Shown here: piece after piece, positions 19,853 to 29,623 of the stretch
Layout: every line of letters begins with the position of its first letter
Numbering within the stretch: position 1 is the stretch's first letter
Assembly: GCA_964591455.1 (NCBI GenBank)
Contig: CAZQDZ010000006.1
Coordinates: forward strand, 55,098-119,097
Length of the DNA stretch: 64,000 nt
Reading direction: 5' to 3'
From: an uncultured Saprospiraceae bacterium
Lineage (GTDB): Bacteria > Bacteroidota > Bacteroidia > Chitinophagales > Saprospiraceae
Position numbers and translations under genes: made by a program
The notes under the pieces: generated by a model
Seen by the model: the letters and a program-made list of their open reading frames with translations, nothing else
Told to the model about the DNA's origin: nothing
The model's database searches: none

Positions 19853-20897
19853 CAGATATTCTAGACAAATATTACTTTCTGAGGTAGGGCAAAAAGGTCA
19901 GTCCAAATTAGCTAAAAGCCATGTCGCAGTCGTAGGATGTGGAGGCCTGGGGGCCATAGCTGCATCCTATCTTGCAGGAGCAGGAGTAGGGACACTGACA
20001 CTTATAGATGGCGATCAGCCAGATGTCTCCAATGTGCATAGACAGATATTATATATCGGTGATGAAGGTGAAGCTAAGTCTATAGTATTGAAAAATAAGT
20101 TGCACAGGCTTAATCCTGATATCAAAATACATACATCATCGCACTATTTGACTAAGACGAATATAGATGAACATCTTACAGGTGTGGATCTCATAATGGA
20201 ATGCACCGATGATATAATGTGCAAGTACTTAGTCAATGACTTTGCTGTATTAGAGCAGACGCCACTCGTCTATGGTGCCATACACAAATTTGAGGGCTAT
20301 GTCTCTACGTTTATAAATCAAGCAGAATCTGATATACACCTCAGAGATTTGTTTCCGTATCCAGATGAGACGATTCCAACATGTTCAGAAGTTGGTGTAT
20401 TAAATACCATTGCTGGACTTATCGGTCTGCTTCAATCCAATGAAGTGCTTAAAGTCATACTTGGAATAGGTGAACCATTAATTGGAAAATTATTGACTTA
20501 TGACTGTCTCACAAATAGACAATTGATCCTTAAAATGAATAAGACCTGGAATGAGGATATGGAGGAATTATTCGAAAAGACCAGTTATCTGCCTTTGGAT
20601 TGTTCTATGGTGCCAGACTTGAATATTGAAGAACTATTATCTAATAGAGAACAATTCTCTTTAGTATCTGTGCTGTCAAAAGAAGAACATCATGCCATAG
20701 ACAAACAAACCACTCATCTTCCAAATATTGAATTGGAGCAAGTCGAGCTACTGTCAAAAGGCTTACCCATAGTCCTTTATTGCAAGACTGGTCGTGTATC
20801 TAAGACGCTTGCTGCAAAGTTGATGGAAGAGAAAGCTGGACTAGAAATATATAGTTTGAAGGGTGGACTTAAGGGGTATAGAAAGTATAAGAGTTGA
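19845..20897 (+). CDS. moeB: Molybdopterin-synthase adenylyltransferase MoeB/ThiF family with C-terminal rhodanese domain
   Basis: RYSRQILL...VVGCGGLGA nucleotide-binding motif. The C-terminal rhodanese domain has the active-site loop YCKTGRVS. Confidence 0.85.
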   Translation: MSDRYSRQILLSEVGQKGQSKLAKSHVAVVGCGGLGAIAASYLAGAGVGTLTLIDGDQPDVSNVHRQILYIGDEGEAKSIVLKNKLHRLNPDIKIHTSSHYLTKTNIDEHLTGVDLIMECTDDIMCKYLVNDFAVLEQTPLVYGAIHKFEGYVSTFINQAESDIHLRDLFPYPDETIPTCSEVGVLNTIAGLIGLLQSNEVLKVILGIGEPLIGKLLTYDCLTNRQLILKMNKTWNEDMEELFEKTSYLPLDCSMVPDLNIEELLSNREQFSLVSVLSKEEHHAIDKQTTHLPNIELEQVELLSKGLPIVLYCKTGRVSKTLAAKLMEEKAGLEIYSLKGGLKGYRKYKS

Positions 20898-20930
20898 GTT
20901 AAGGAAATTAAAATCTGTGTAAGTTTTAAA

Positions 20931-21398
20931 ATGAAGACTACCACATTTAGTAGTATCCAAGATATGCAGTCCTATCTAAATCAAGAGGTAGGGGTCAGTG
21001 ATTGGATGACTAAATCTCAAGAAGACATTGATGCTTTTGCTAAGCTTACTAAAGATGAGCAGTGGATACATGTCGACCCTGAAAGATGTGCAAAAGAATC
21101 ACCATTCAAAACGACAATAGCACATGGATTTCATTTGCTTTCTTATGCCTCATATTTAGCTGAAAGCTGCATGACTTTCAATGGTATCAAGATGGGTATG
21201 AATTATGGATTTGATAAAATTAGGTTTGTCAATCCTGTTCCCGTAAATTCTCTAATCAGAGCAGGATTTACTCTGCATGATATTCAGCACAACCTCGAAC
21301 AATCTAGCACTAGAGTCAAATGGCAATTGACGATTGAGGTAAAAGACAGTCATAAGCCTGCCATAGTCGCTGAGTGGATCAATTATTTTTTGAGTTGA
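20931..21398 (+). CDS. MaoC-family (R)-hydratase-like hotdog protein
   Basis: 155 aa; D.N.IH.D ... IAHG motif pattern (DEQWIHVDPERCAKESPFKTTIAHGF). Confidence 0.75.
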   Translation: MKTTTFSSIQDMQSYLNQEVGVSDWMTKSQEDIDAFAKLTKDEQWIHVDPERCAKESPFKTTIAHGFHLLSYASYLAESCMTFNGIKMGMNYGFDKIRFVNPVPVNSLIRAGFTLHDIQHNLEQSSTRVKWQLTIEVKDSHKPAIVAEWINYFLS

Positions 21399-21776
21399 CA
21401 AACTCAGATAATCGTCGAAATAATTGGAAGTTATAATGCAAGTGGAAATGACACCACTGATATCATAGATTTACATGGATTGTAACTATGTGTTGGAAAG
21501 AGATTTGACAAAATAAACTTCTTGTAGGCCGCAAATTGAGTTAGCGCATTAAGCTAGTACCAATTCTCCAAATATTTTAACAATAAAAAATATAATAGTA
21601 ACACACTTTCCAAAATCTATAATTAACACCATTATTTATAGTGACTGATCTTAATATCGCTGTCCTATTTATACTGTTCCGGCATTTGCAAGACTCTTTG
21701 ACTAATTTGCTGTGTGCTGGAGCTATATAACTTTAAACTCTATACACATATGCTAATGCACCCTTGCCACAAGACA

Positions 21777-24700
21777 ATGGCTAAGATTTGTCTTGACACT
21801 TCAAAATTTGTATCACTACTCTATACTTTCTTATTAGTCTTAGGGTATTCGACCCAAGCTTCAGCGCAGATTATCGATGTGAAGCTTGATTTTTCAGAAA
21901 AAAGAGGCTTCTATGATGCCCCATTTAATCTGACTATTACTGCTACTGACCCCAATGCTACTATTAGATATACACTAGACGGAAAAGAACCTACGCCAAG
22001 ATCAGGTATCATCTACAATGGCAGCATTCCAGTAGAAACCACAACAGTTCTTAGAGCAATAGGATACATACCGGGAGTGGATACTTCTAAGCTGTATACA
22101 CATTCATATCTCTATATAGAGGATGTCATAAACCAACCTAGAAACATCAGTGGCTGGCCTAACAATCGTTATGACTTAGGTGGAAGTGGTACTGCCACAC
22201 ATGATTATCAGATGGATCCAGATATCGTCAATTCTTCTAGATACAGAGCCGACCTTATACAAGGAATGATGGACATCCCAAGTATGTCCATCGTTATGCC
22301 TAGAGGTGATTTCTGGGAAATCTATGATGGAGAAGTAGAGAGAAAGATGTCTGTAGAGCTACTGTACCCTGAAGATCCGAGCCTGAACGAACAAGAAGAT
22401 GGCGGTATAGAACCACATAGTCATCATAGACTGAAACGTTCTATGAGATTATCATTCAAAGAAAGATATGGTGCCAAAGACTGGGACTCAGATATATTTA
22501 GAAATGCAGCAGTAGGATCAGAAACAGCAGAGAACGAATTTGACAGGATAGTCCTAAGAGCAGGAAACAACCGAGCATGGTCTAGAAACTGGAACGAAGA
22601 CAGGACGGCTTTTACAAGAGACGAGTGGTTCAGACAATCACAGATTGCCGCCTCGGGCATAGGGTCTCACGGTACCTTTGTGCACCTCTATGTGAATGGA
22701 CTTTATTGGGGATTATACAATCCTATAGAAAGACCAGATGAATCCTTTACATCTACTTATCTTGGAGGAAACAAGGATGATTGGTTTGCTATTAGTCATG
22801 CAGGTATCCGATCAGGCAACAGAAGTCGATATGACTATCTGATCAATACCCTTCTTAATAGAAATTTGAATAATCAAGGTAATTATAATGAGCTTAAAGA
22901 ATATCTTGATGTAGAACAATTCTTAGACTATATCTTATTGTCTTGGATGACAGGAGTACAAGATTGGCCTGGTAATAACTGGTGGGCAGGAAGTAGCACG
23001 ACACCTGCTGGACCACTAATGTATTTCGGTTGGGATAACGAATGGTCATGGGATGTGACGAGGAATGCAAATAATGGCGCTTGGGTACATCCTGATTTTA
23101 GAGCCAATGATAGTGGAGGAAGAAATTCTGCTTTTGTCTTTAATAGAGCTAAACGGAGCAATGAGTTTATGATGACCCTTGCAGATAGAGTATATGACAT
23201 TTGCTTTAATGATGGAGCGGTTACAGATGAGAATTCTCGAGAAAGATGGTCAGCTCTCAATAATCAAATCGAGAATGCAGTAGTAGCAGAATCTGCAAGA
23301 TGGGGTGATGGTCTGAACGATGGTGTCACAAGAACCAGAGACCAACACTGGAGAAATGAAGTGCAGCGAGTAGATGGTCTTATGAATGGAAATGTCGATC
23401 GATTGATTACTGCATTAATTCGAGAAGGGTATTATCCTACTATTGATCCACCACTTTTCCTTAATAATAATCAAGCCATAGAAGTAAAAAAAATATCAGT
23501 AGACGGTGGGTATACTGTAGAACTGGACAATCCTAATGGAGCTGGTCAAATTTACTATACTACTGATGGTACTGACCCAAGGCTACAAGGAGGAGCAGTA
23601 GCTTCTACAGCTAGATTATATTCTAATCAAGACCTTGTTATGAATCAAGCCACTACCTTGATGGCAAGAGTTCTGCAAAACAATCAATGGAGTGCGCTGC
23701 ACCGATTAGACTTAAATGTAAATCAGGATCTCAGTTGGATAAAGCTGACAGAGATAATGTACAACCCTGATGAATATGTGTCAAATGGAGACACGATTAA
23801 CGATACAGAATTAGAGTTTCTTGAGATTAAAAACACTAGCAACTCAATTACTTTAGACATTAGCGGATTGCAAATAACAGATGGTGTGGATTATACGTTC
23901 CCTGTAGGTACAGTAATTAGACCTCAGAGCTTTATAGTCTTAGCTAGTAATGCTGAAGCTTTGGCACAGAAATGTCCTGGTATTAATATTTTTGGAGAAT
24001 ATTCTGGCCAGTTAAGTAACGGTGGTGAGAATATAGAATTTACAGCCTTCGATGGCGAAGTAATTATTGCCATAGAATATGACGACCAAGATCAATGGCC
24101 TACTGAAGCAGATGGAGAAGGTTTTTCATTGGTTTCTAGTGTAAATAATCCGGTCGGAGATCAGAACAGCTATTTATATTGGAAAGCATCTGCTGACAAT
24201 GTCTGTGGTTCTCCTAATGCAGATGAAATTGATTGTAATCAGAATAGTCCAGACTCTGATAATGATGGCATCTGTGATAGTCAGGATCCTTGTCCTAACT
24301 TTGATAATAATCTAATAGGCAGAGCCTGTAATGATGGAGACCCTTGTACTACAGGTGATGTATACACTAGTGATTGTGGATGTGCAGGAGAATTTCAAGA
24401 TTCTGACAATGATGGAATCTGCGATGCTCAAGATACTTGCGATGAAAATCTAGCAGGGCAGTCGTGCAATGATGGCGATATCTGCACAATCAATGATACT
24501 TATAACTCCAATTGTGAATGCATAGGTACTTACGTGGATGAAGACCAAGACGGCATTTGTGATGCAGTAGATGATTGTGTTTTTGGAAATAGCATATTAG
24601 ATGAAAGTTTCACCAATGGCTTAGGATCTTTTTCTGAGGTATCAGGAGCTTTTTCTACACCAATGCCAGTATATGAGAACCTCATTATCAGAAATGGTTC

Positions 24701-27700
24701 TGTAGAACTGGAAGTAGGAGGCGTCAATGGAAGTAACATACGAAATATGTCCTTGGCAATTGGTACAGATTTTAATATTACTAGACAAGAACCGGTAAAT
24801 TTAGAGATTCAATATCGCCTTACTTCTAATGAAGGATTTGATGAAGGCGAATGGACAAGAGTGCTGGCAGCAATAGATGGGGTAAACCTTACATTAAATG
24901 GCAACCCTTATCTAGTAGAGTCAAATGCTGGCGACATCACCGATACTGGTATAGTAACTGCTGAGTTTGTTCTAAACAATCTTACGCCTGGCACACATAA
25001 TCTTGCAATAGGCTTGTTCGTCAATTTAAAAACTACAAATACAGAGCGAAGTGACCTTACAATCTATAGTGTTCGTCTGAGTGGAAACTGCTCTGATTGT
25101 GATTTAACTGGCTCTAACTGTGATGATGGTGATGCGTGTACTACAGGAGATGTATATGATGCGGATTGTAATTGTGTAGGGACATTTAGAGATTCTGATA
25201 ACGACGGGATATGTGATGCGAACGATACTTGTGATGCGAGCCAGATAGGTCTTGCCTGCGATGATAATGATGCATGTACTACAGGAGATGTATACGATGC
25301 CGATTGTAATTGTGTAGGGACATTTAGAGATTCAGATAATGATGGGATATGTGATGCGAATGATAATTGTGATGGAGGTCAAGTTGGGCAAGCTTGTAAT
25401 GATGGTGATGTGTGTACTACAGGAGATGTATATGATGCGGATTGTAATTGTGTAGGGACATTTAGAGATTCAGATAATGATGGGATATGTGATGCGAATG
25501 ATAATTGTGATGGAGGTCAAGCTGGGCAAGCTTGTAATGATGATGATGCTTGTACGACCGGGGATGTATATGATGCCGATTGTAATTGTGTAGGGACATT
25601 TTTAGATGTAGATGGAGATGGCATATGTGCAGCACAAGATCCAGATGATTCAGATGCCTGTGTTCCTAATGCCGCCGGTGCAGATTGCAACTCAAATCTA
25701 GGATGCACAGTAATAAGCACAACTGGATTTGAGAATCGAGATATGGGGGTATGGATAGATGGTGGACAATCTGCAACGCTATTGTCTTCTACTTCATTTG
25801 CAAATACAGGTAATTACAGTTTTTATGTTCAGTCAAACGATGGCATACAATCTAGTTTGTATACCTCTGACTTGAATCTAGCGGGAGTAGACGCAGTTCA
25901 GATTCAATTCAATGTGTACCCATATACAGTAGAAGACACTGATAGTTTTGTGCTGGAAGTTTCTACTGGTGGGGCCTATGTTGTCATTAAAGAATATGTC
26001 AATAATGTAGACTTCACAAATCTTGTTAGAAAGGATATTATAGAAGTCATAACAGGAATTAATTTCACAGCAACAACTTCACTCAGACTTAGGTCAACGT
26101 CCGATGACATAGCCGACTATTTCATATTTGATGATATTGTAATAGAAGCATGTCAGGGTGGGACTCCGCCTGCATGCCAGTCTGGCTCAGCCTGCGATGA
26201 TGATGATGCATGTACTACAGGAGATGTATATGATGCAGATTGTAATTGCATAGGAACACTTATAGATGCTGACGGAGATGGCGTATGTGCTGCACAAGAT
26301 CCAGATGATTCAGATGCCTGTGTGCCTGTAGCTTCAGGTACAGATTGTAACTCGAATCAAGACTGTACTGTAATAAGCACAACTGGATTTGAGAACCGCG
26401 ATATGGGGATATGGATAGATGGTGGACAGTCTGCCACGCTATTGTCTTCTGCTTCATTTGCCAACACGGGTAATTACAGTTTTTACGTTCAGTCAAACGA
26501 TGGCATCCGGTCTAGTCTGTATACCTCTGACTTGAATCTAGCGGGAGTAGATGCTGTTCAGATTCGATTCAATGTGTACCCATATACTGTAGAGAACTCT
26601 GATAGTTTTGTGCTGGAAGTTTCTACTGGCGGAGCATATGTTGTTTTTGACGAGTATATCAATAATGTAGACTTCACAAATCTAGTTAGACAGGATATAA
26701 CAGCAGTTATATCAGGAATAAATTTTACAGCAACAACTTCACTCAGACTTAGGTCAACGTCCGATGACATAGCCGACTATTTCATATTTGATGATATCAT
26801 AATAGAAGCATGTCAGGGTGGTGTACCATCGCCATGTCAACCTGGCTTAGCCTGCGATGATGGCGATGACAATACTATAGGAGATATATACACAAGCAAT
26901 TGTGAGTGTGTAGGAGATAGTAGCAACAATTCTTCTGATTGTGATACTATCTCAGAAGTCAACTTTGAGTCTGGTTTCGATATCTGGAATGATGGTGGTT
27001 CAGATTGCCGCCTAGTATCAAATAGTTCTTTTAGTAATTCTGGAATTGCTTCTGTCAGACTTAGAGATAACTCTGGCGCAGCCTCTTCTATTTTTACAGA
27101 TAATCTGAATTTGAACTCTGCTTTAGAGGCAGTTGTCAGCTTTAGTTTCTTAGTAGAATCATTTGAGAGAAGTGAAGACTTTTTCTTTGAGGTTTCCACC
27201 GATGGTGGATCATCTTTTGCCATCCTAGAGAATTGGATTGTGAATCAAGACTTTACTAATGGACAGAGACAGAATGCTCGAATAGTCATAGGGCCTAATA
27301 ATTTATCAAGTAGCACAGTATTCAGAATAAGATGTGATGCATCTGGAAACGCAGACTTGCTTTATATAGATGATGTAATAATAGAATCATGCACTGGTTC
27401 TGGTTTTGTAAATCCATCACCGCAACGTGCTTTGAAGAGTGATAAGGATAATAAGTTGGACTTGACTTTAAGGTCTGACAACGATTTAGGTTCTATTACT
27501 ATAGCACCAAATCCGGCCAGTGATTTTATAAGTCTAGATCTATCTCACTGTATGGAAAAATCTATCAGTTATCAGATCTATGGAATTAAGGGAGATGTAA
27601 TTCAATCAGGAAATTTTGATGAGAGCCATAGTGATTTAGAAAACATAGAATTACATCAAATACCAAATGGCACTTATATTCTTCACCTTCGAAATGATAA

Positions 27701-27740
27701 CCAGCATCTAGCTGCACATAGAATAGTGGTGGTGAAGTAA
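21777..27740 (+). CDS. Giant secreted multidomain protein (1987 aa): Fn3-associated, CotH, lamin-tail (LTD), TSP3-like Cys-rich repeats, three jelly-roll (MAM-like) modules, T9SS C-terminal sorting domain
   Basis: The signal peptide starts at ATG 21777 (MAKICLDTSKFVSLLYTFLLVLGYSTQASAQ). CotH-like core (LRLSFKERYG...LRAGNNRAW...VHLYVNGLYWGLYNP). LTD (LTEIMYNP...LEFLEIKNTS...GGENIEF). DSDNDGICD calcium-binding-type repeats. CTD (ITIAPNPASDFISLDL...YILHLRN...IVVVK). Confidence 0.85.
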   Translation: MAKICLDTSKFVSLLYTFLLVLGYSTQASAQIIDVKLDFSEKRGFYDAPFNLTITATDPNATIRYTLDGKEPTPRSGIIYNGSIPVETTTVLRAIGYIPGVDTSKLYTHSYLYIEDVINQPRNISGWPNNRYDLGGSGTATHDYQMDPDIVNSSRYRADLIQGMMDIPSMSIVMPRGDFWEIYDGEVERKMSVELLYPEDPSLNEQEDGGIEPHSHHRLKRSMRLSFKERYGAKDWDSDIFRNAAVGSETAENEFDRIVLRAGNNRAWSRNWNEDRTAFTRDEWFRQSQIAASGIGSHGTFVHLYVNGLYWGLYNPIERPDESFTSTYLGGNKDDWFAISHAGIRSGNRSRYDYLINTLLNRNLNNQGNYNELKEYLDVEQFLDYILLSWMTGVQDWPGNNWWAGSSTTPAGPLMYFGWDNEWSWDVTRNANNGAWVHPDFRANDSGGRNSAFVFNRAKRSNEFMMTLADRVYDICFNDGAVTDENSRERWSALNNQIENAVVAESARWGDGLNDGVTRTRDQHWRNEVQRVDGLMNGNVDRLITALIREGYYPTIDPPLFLNNNQAIEVKKISVDGGYTVELDNPNGAGQIYYTTDGTDPRLQGGAVASTARLYSNQDLVMNQATTLMARVLQNNQWSALHRLDLNVNQDLSWIKLTEIMYNPDEYVSNGDTINDTELEFLEIKNTSNSITLDISGLQITDGVDYTFPVGTVIRPQSFIVLASNAEALAQKCPGINIFGEYSGQLSNGGENIEFTAFDGEVIIAIEYDDQDQWPTEADGEGFSLVSSVNNPVGDQNSYLYWKASADNVCGSPNADEIDCNQNSPDSDNDGICDSQDPCPNFDNNLIGRACNDGDPCTTGDVYTSDCGCAGEFQDSDNDGICDAQDTCDENLAGQSCNDGDICTINDTYNSNCECIGTYVDEDQDGICDAVDDCVFGNSILDESFTNGLGSFSEVSGAFSTPMPVYENLIIRNGSVELEVGGVNGSNIRNMSLAIGTDFNITRQEPVNLEIQYRLTSNEGFDEGEWTRVLAAIDGVNLTLNGNPYLVESNAGDITDTGIVTAEFVLNNLTPGTHNLAIGLFVNLKTTNTERSDLTIYSVRLSGNCSDCDLTGSNCDDGDACTTGDVYDADCNCVGTFRDSDNDGICDANDTCDASQIGLACDDNDACTTGDVYDADCNCVGTFRDSDNDGICDANDNCDGGQVGQACNDGDVCTTGDVYDADCNCVGTFRDSDNDGICDANDNCDGGQAGQACNDDDACTTGDVYDADCNCVGTFLDVDGDGICAAQDPDDSDACVPNAAGADCNSNLGCTVISTTGFENRDMGVWIDGGQSATLLSSTSFANTGNYSFYVQSNDGIQSSLYTSDLNLAGVDAVQIQFNVYPYTVEDTDSFVLEVSTGGAYVVIKEYVNNVDFTNLVRKDIIEVITGINFTATTSLRLRSTSDDIADYFIFDDIVIEACQGGTPPACQSGSACDDDDACTTGDVYDADCNCIGTLIDADGDGVCAAQDPDDSDACVPVASGTDCNSNQDCTVISTTGFENRDMGIWIDGGQSATLLSSASFANTGNYSFYVQSNDGIRSSLYTSDLNLAGVDAVQIRFNVYPYTVENSDSFVLEVSTGGAYVVFDEYINNVDFTNLVRQDITAVISGINFTATTSLRLRSTSDDIADYFIFDDIIIEACQGGVPSPCQPGLACDDGDDNTIGDIYTSNCECVGDSSNNSSDCDTISEVNFESGFDIWNDGGSDCRLVSNSSFSNSGIASVRLRDNSGAASSIFTDNLNLNSALEAVVSFSFLVESFERSEDFFFEVSTDGGSSFAILENWIVNQDFTNGQRQNARIVIGPNNLSSSTVFRIRCDASGNADLLYIDDVIIESCTGSGFVNPSPQRALKSDKDNKLDLTLRSDNDLGSITIAPNPASDFISLDLSHCMEKSISYQIYGIKGDVIQSGNFDESHSDLENIELHQIPNGTYILHLRNDNQHLAAHRIVVVK
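25119..25670 (+). repeat. In-frame 138-bp (46-codon) tandem repeat, 4 copies, inside the CotH giant gene
   Basis: Units start at 25119, 25257, 25395 and 25533, each at a Cys codon. Each encodes C.D.D.CTTGDVYDADCNCVGTFRDSDNDGICDANDNCDGGQ.GQA. Copies 2 and 3 are nearly identical at nucleotide level, and copy 4 diverges in its last third. Confidence 0.9.
25533..26852 (+). repeat. In-frame 660-bp (220-codon) tandem duplication, 2 copies
   Basis: 25533..26192 and 26193..26852 align colinearly with no indels. They include an identical 70-nt run (26068..26137 versus 26728..26797). A third, much more diverged module follows at about 26853..27400. Confidence 0.9.
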
Positions 27741-27774
27741 AAGAGCAAATAATTAGTCGAATTATTCAAGAAGT

Positions 27775-27807
27775 AGGCTGTTCAGTTTTTGGACAGCCTC
27801 TTTTTTT
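27775..27807 (+). terminator. Rho-independent terminator after the CotH giant gene
   Basis: AGGCTGT-tcagtttttgg-ACAGCCT stem followed by CTTTTTTT. Confidence 0.7.
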
Positions 27808-27846
27808 ATTATGATAGAGATATTTATTTCTTACTTTATTCTTAGA

Positions 27847-28908
27847 CTATGTAATGACATCCGATTGATCTTGCTCCATAAAAAAAGCATCTATGTCTTT
27901 TAAGAATCGATTGCGATAAAGATTAATTTCTGTGTAGATTTCGTGTCTAGCGCCGAGGTAGGGTACTATCTTAATTAGTGGATTTGCATCATCCATACGT
28001 TCATGCGTTTCCTCGTTTACGACAACATCATCCTTGGCACTGGCTACATAGACAGGCGTTTTTATTTTCTGGATTTGTTCTCGTTTCATACTAAGCTGCA
28101 TGCTTTTGGATGCTGCCTTTGTCCAGTTCCATGTCGCTGATCCCATTAGTAATCTTGGCTCCTTCTTAAATATAGAGGACCATTTTCTAAACCGATTGAT
28201 GTCTGAAGTGAGTCTTTTGTACCCTTTATTTTTATCACCATCTTTTCCTCCAATAACGTAAGACTGTCCAAATCCCAATAATCTAAAGAAGGATGAAAAT
28301 TTGCTTAGAAGATTTGTTGGTAATCCGGCTATGCTTTGCATGGGCGCACTAAGCACTGCTCGCTGAAATCGATTAGGATGTTCTTGCAACTCTCTGAATG
28401 CTAAATGTCCACCCATGGAATGACCCAATAGGTTATGTGGCTTAGGCAGATGTGCCACCCTTTGATGATACACAGCTTCTGCATCCTGCAGATACTGATC
28501 AAAATGTTCTATGTAACCCTTGTCTTTTTCTTTGAGCAACTTAGAGGAAAGTCCCTGGCCCCGCCAGTCAAAAGCAACGACTGACCACCCCAAGTCTATG
28601 AGGTCACCTATGGTTTCATAATACTTTTCTATAAATTCAGTAAAACCTGAAAATATAAGTATGGTCCCCTTGCAGTTCTTTGTCTGCCAAGTAGCACATC
28701 TTAACTCTAAGTCTGGAATGACTTCCACAGTGTCTACAAAGTATCCAGATGGTGCCTTGTAGATGTTTGATTCTATCAATCTTTTTTTAGACCTAACAGA
28801 TGTGTCATTGGCCAAGGCAGAACGTAAGGATGTATGACCAAGGTATTTCATAATCACCATTGTGATAATCAATACAATTAGAAGACTTAATATGATAACT
28901 CCAAACAT
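27847..28908 (-). CDS. Membrane-anchored alpha/beta hydrolase (lysophospholipase / monoacylglycerol lipase-like)
   Basis: N-terminal TM segment (MFGVIILSLLIVLIITMVIM), nucleophile elbow GHSMGG, and a late His (GARHEI). Confidence 0.75.
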   Translation of the reverse strand: MFGVIILSLLIVLIITMVIMKYLGHTSLRSALANDTSVRSKKRLIESNIYKAPSGYFVDTVEVIPDLELRCATWQTKNCKGTILIFSGFTEFIEKYYETIGDLIDLGWSVVAFDWRGQGLSSKLLKEKDKGYIEHFDQYLQDAEAVYHQRVAHLPKPHNLLGHSMGGHLAFRELQEHPNRFQRAVLSAPMQSIAGLPTNLLSKFSSFFRLLGFGQSYVIGGKDGDKNKGYKRLTSDINRFRKWSSIFKKEPRLLMGSATWNWTKAASKSMQLSMKREQIQKIKTPVYVASAKDDVVVNEETHERMDDANPLIKIVPYLGARHEIYTEINLYRNRFLKDIDAFFMEQDQSDVIT

Positions 28909-28932
28909 CTGAAATCTAGATTAGAGCATTTA

Positions 28933-29361
28933 TCACGGTCTCGAATTCACCCAATAACTCCCATTGGTCATGAACTCTTTTTTCCAAATAGGGACTGTCT
29001 TTTTTAGCTCATCTATAATATACTCACAGGCAGTGAATGAGGCTTTTCTATGTTTAGAAGAAACTGCGATTACGACAGCAATGTCCTCTAGTCCCACCTG
29101 TCCAGTTCGATGGTGAATAGAAATTTTCTGCACGCCGAATTGCTCCATAGCTCGATCTGCAATTTTATGTAATTCAGAGATAGCCATGGGTTCATAGCAT
29201 TCAAAATCAAGATGGGTTATCTCCTCTCCTTTATTCCATCGCCGCACCGTACCTACAAATATATTAATCCCACCACAGGCTTCATCAAGTACGAAGGTGT
29301 AGTTGTTATCAGGAACTAACGTCTCTGATAATATTTGTATGTCCAATATGCTATCCGCCAC
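28933..29361 (-). CDS. moaE: Molybdopterin synthase catalytic subunit MoaE
   Basis: 142 aa; GGINIFVGTVR ... ISIHHRTG ... AVSSKHR ... PIWKKE signature. The GTG start overlaps the moaD stop. Confidence 0.88.
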   Translation of the reverse strand: MADSILDIQILSETLVPDNNYTFVLDEACGGINIFVGTVRRWNKGEEITHLDFECYEPMAISELHKIADRAMEQFGVQKISIHHRTGQVGLEDIAVVIAVSSKHRKASFTACEYIIDELKKTVPIWKKEFMTNGSYWVNSRP

Positions 29362-29587
29362 TTACAGGAGGTATTATGGCAATTTCATCAGTAGGAGAAA
29401 TTGCTGTAGAATCATCAGAGAATGACTGGTTGACAGCCACTTGGAAGTCTTTGTAATTGTTAAACTCGGGGTAGGTCTGTCTCAGATACTGTTTAAGCTC
29501 AGCCACATTGGATATGGTTACCGCTGATATGGCGCAGTTAGCAGCGCCAACAATCTCTTTTGCAATGCCGAAACATAGTATTTCCAT
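29351..29587 (-). CDS. moaD: Molybdopterin synthase sulfur carrier subunit MoaD
   Basis: 78 aa ubiquitin-like protein ending in PPVSGG, directly upstream of moaE. Confidence 0.85.
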   Translation of the reverse strand: MEILCFGIAKEIVGAANCAISAVTISNVAELKQYLRQTYPEFNNYKDFQVAVNQSFSDDSTAISPTDEIAIIPPVSGG

Positions 29588-29598
29588 ATGATGATAAA

Positions 29599-29623
29599 TA
29601 TAGAATTTCTTCTAGAAGTTTAG
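29599..29623 (+). repeat. 25-bp perfect direct repeat, copy 1 (TATAGAATTTCTTCTAGAAGTTTAG)
   Basis: Exact match to 31535..31559. It contains the 10-bp palindrome CTTCTAGAAG and lies 12 bp upstream of the moaD start codon. Confidence 0.9.

Noticed and set aside
21714-21776. GTG start at 21714 for the CotH giant. Similar upstream alternative starts appear in the track: 42615 (giant 2), 53791 (lipoprotein), 9214 (xdhC) and 17081 (paaI-like).
   Set aside because: In each case a downstream ATG places a signal peptide or conserved N-terminal motif at the proper position. The extensions add non-homologous residues or overlap the neighbouring gene.
25119-26852. Possible CRISPR-like or satellite array, suggested by the regular 138-bp and 660-bp periodicity.
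   Set aside because: The repeats are in frame within a continuous 1987-aa ORF. They have no unique spacers and encode coherent protein modules, so they are coding tandem duplications.
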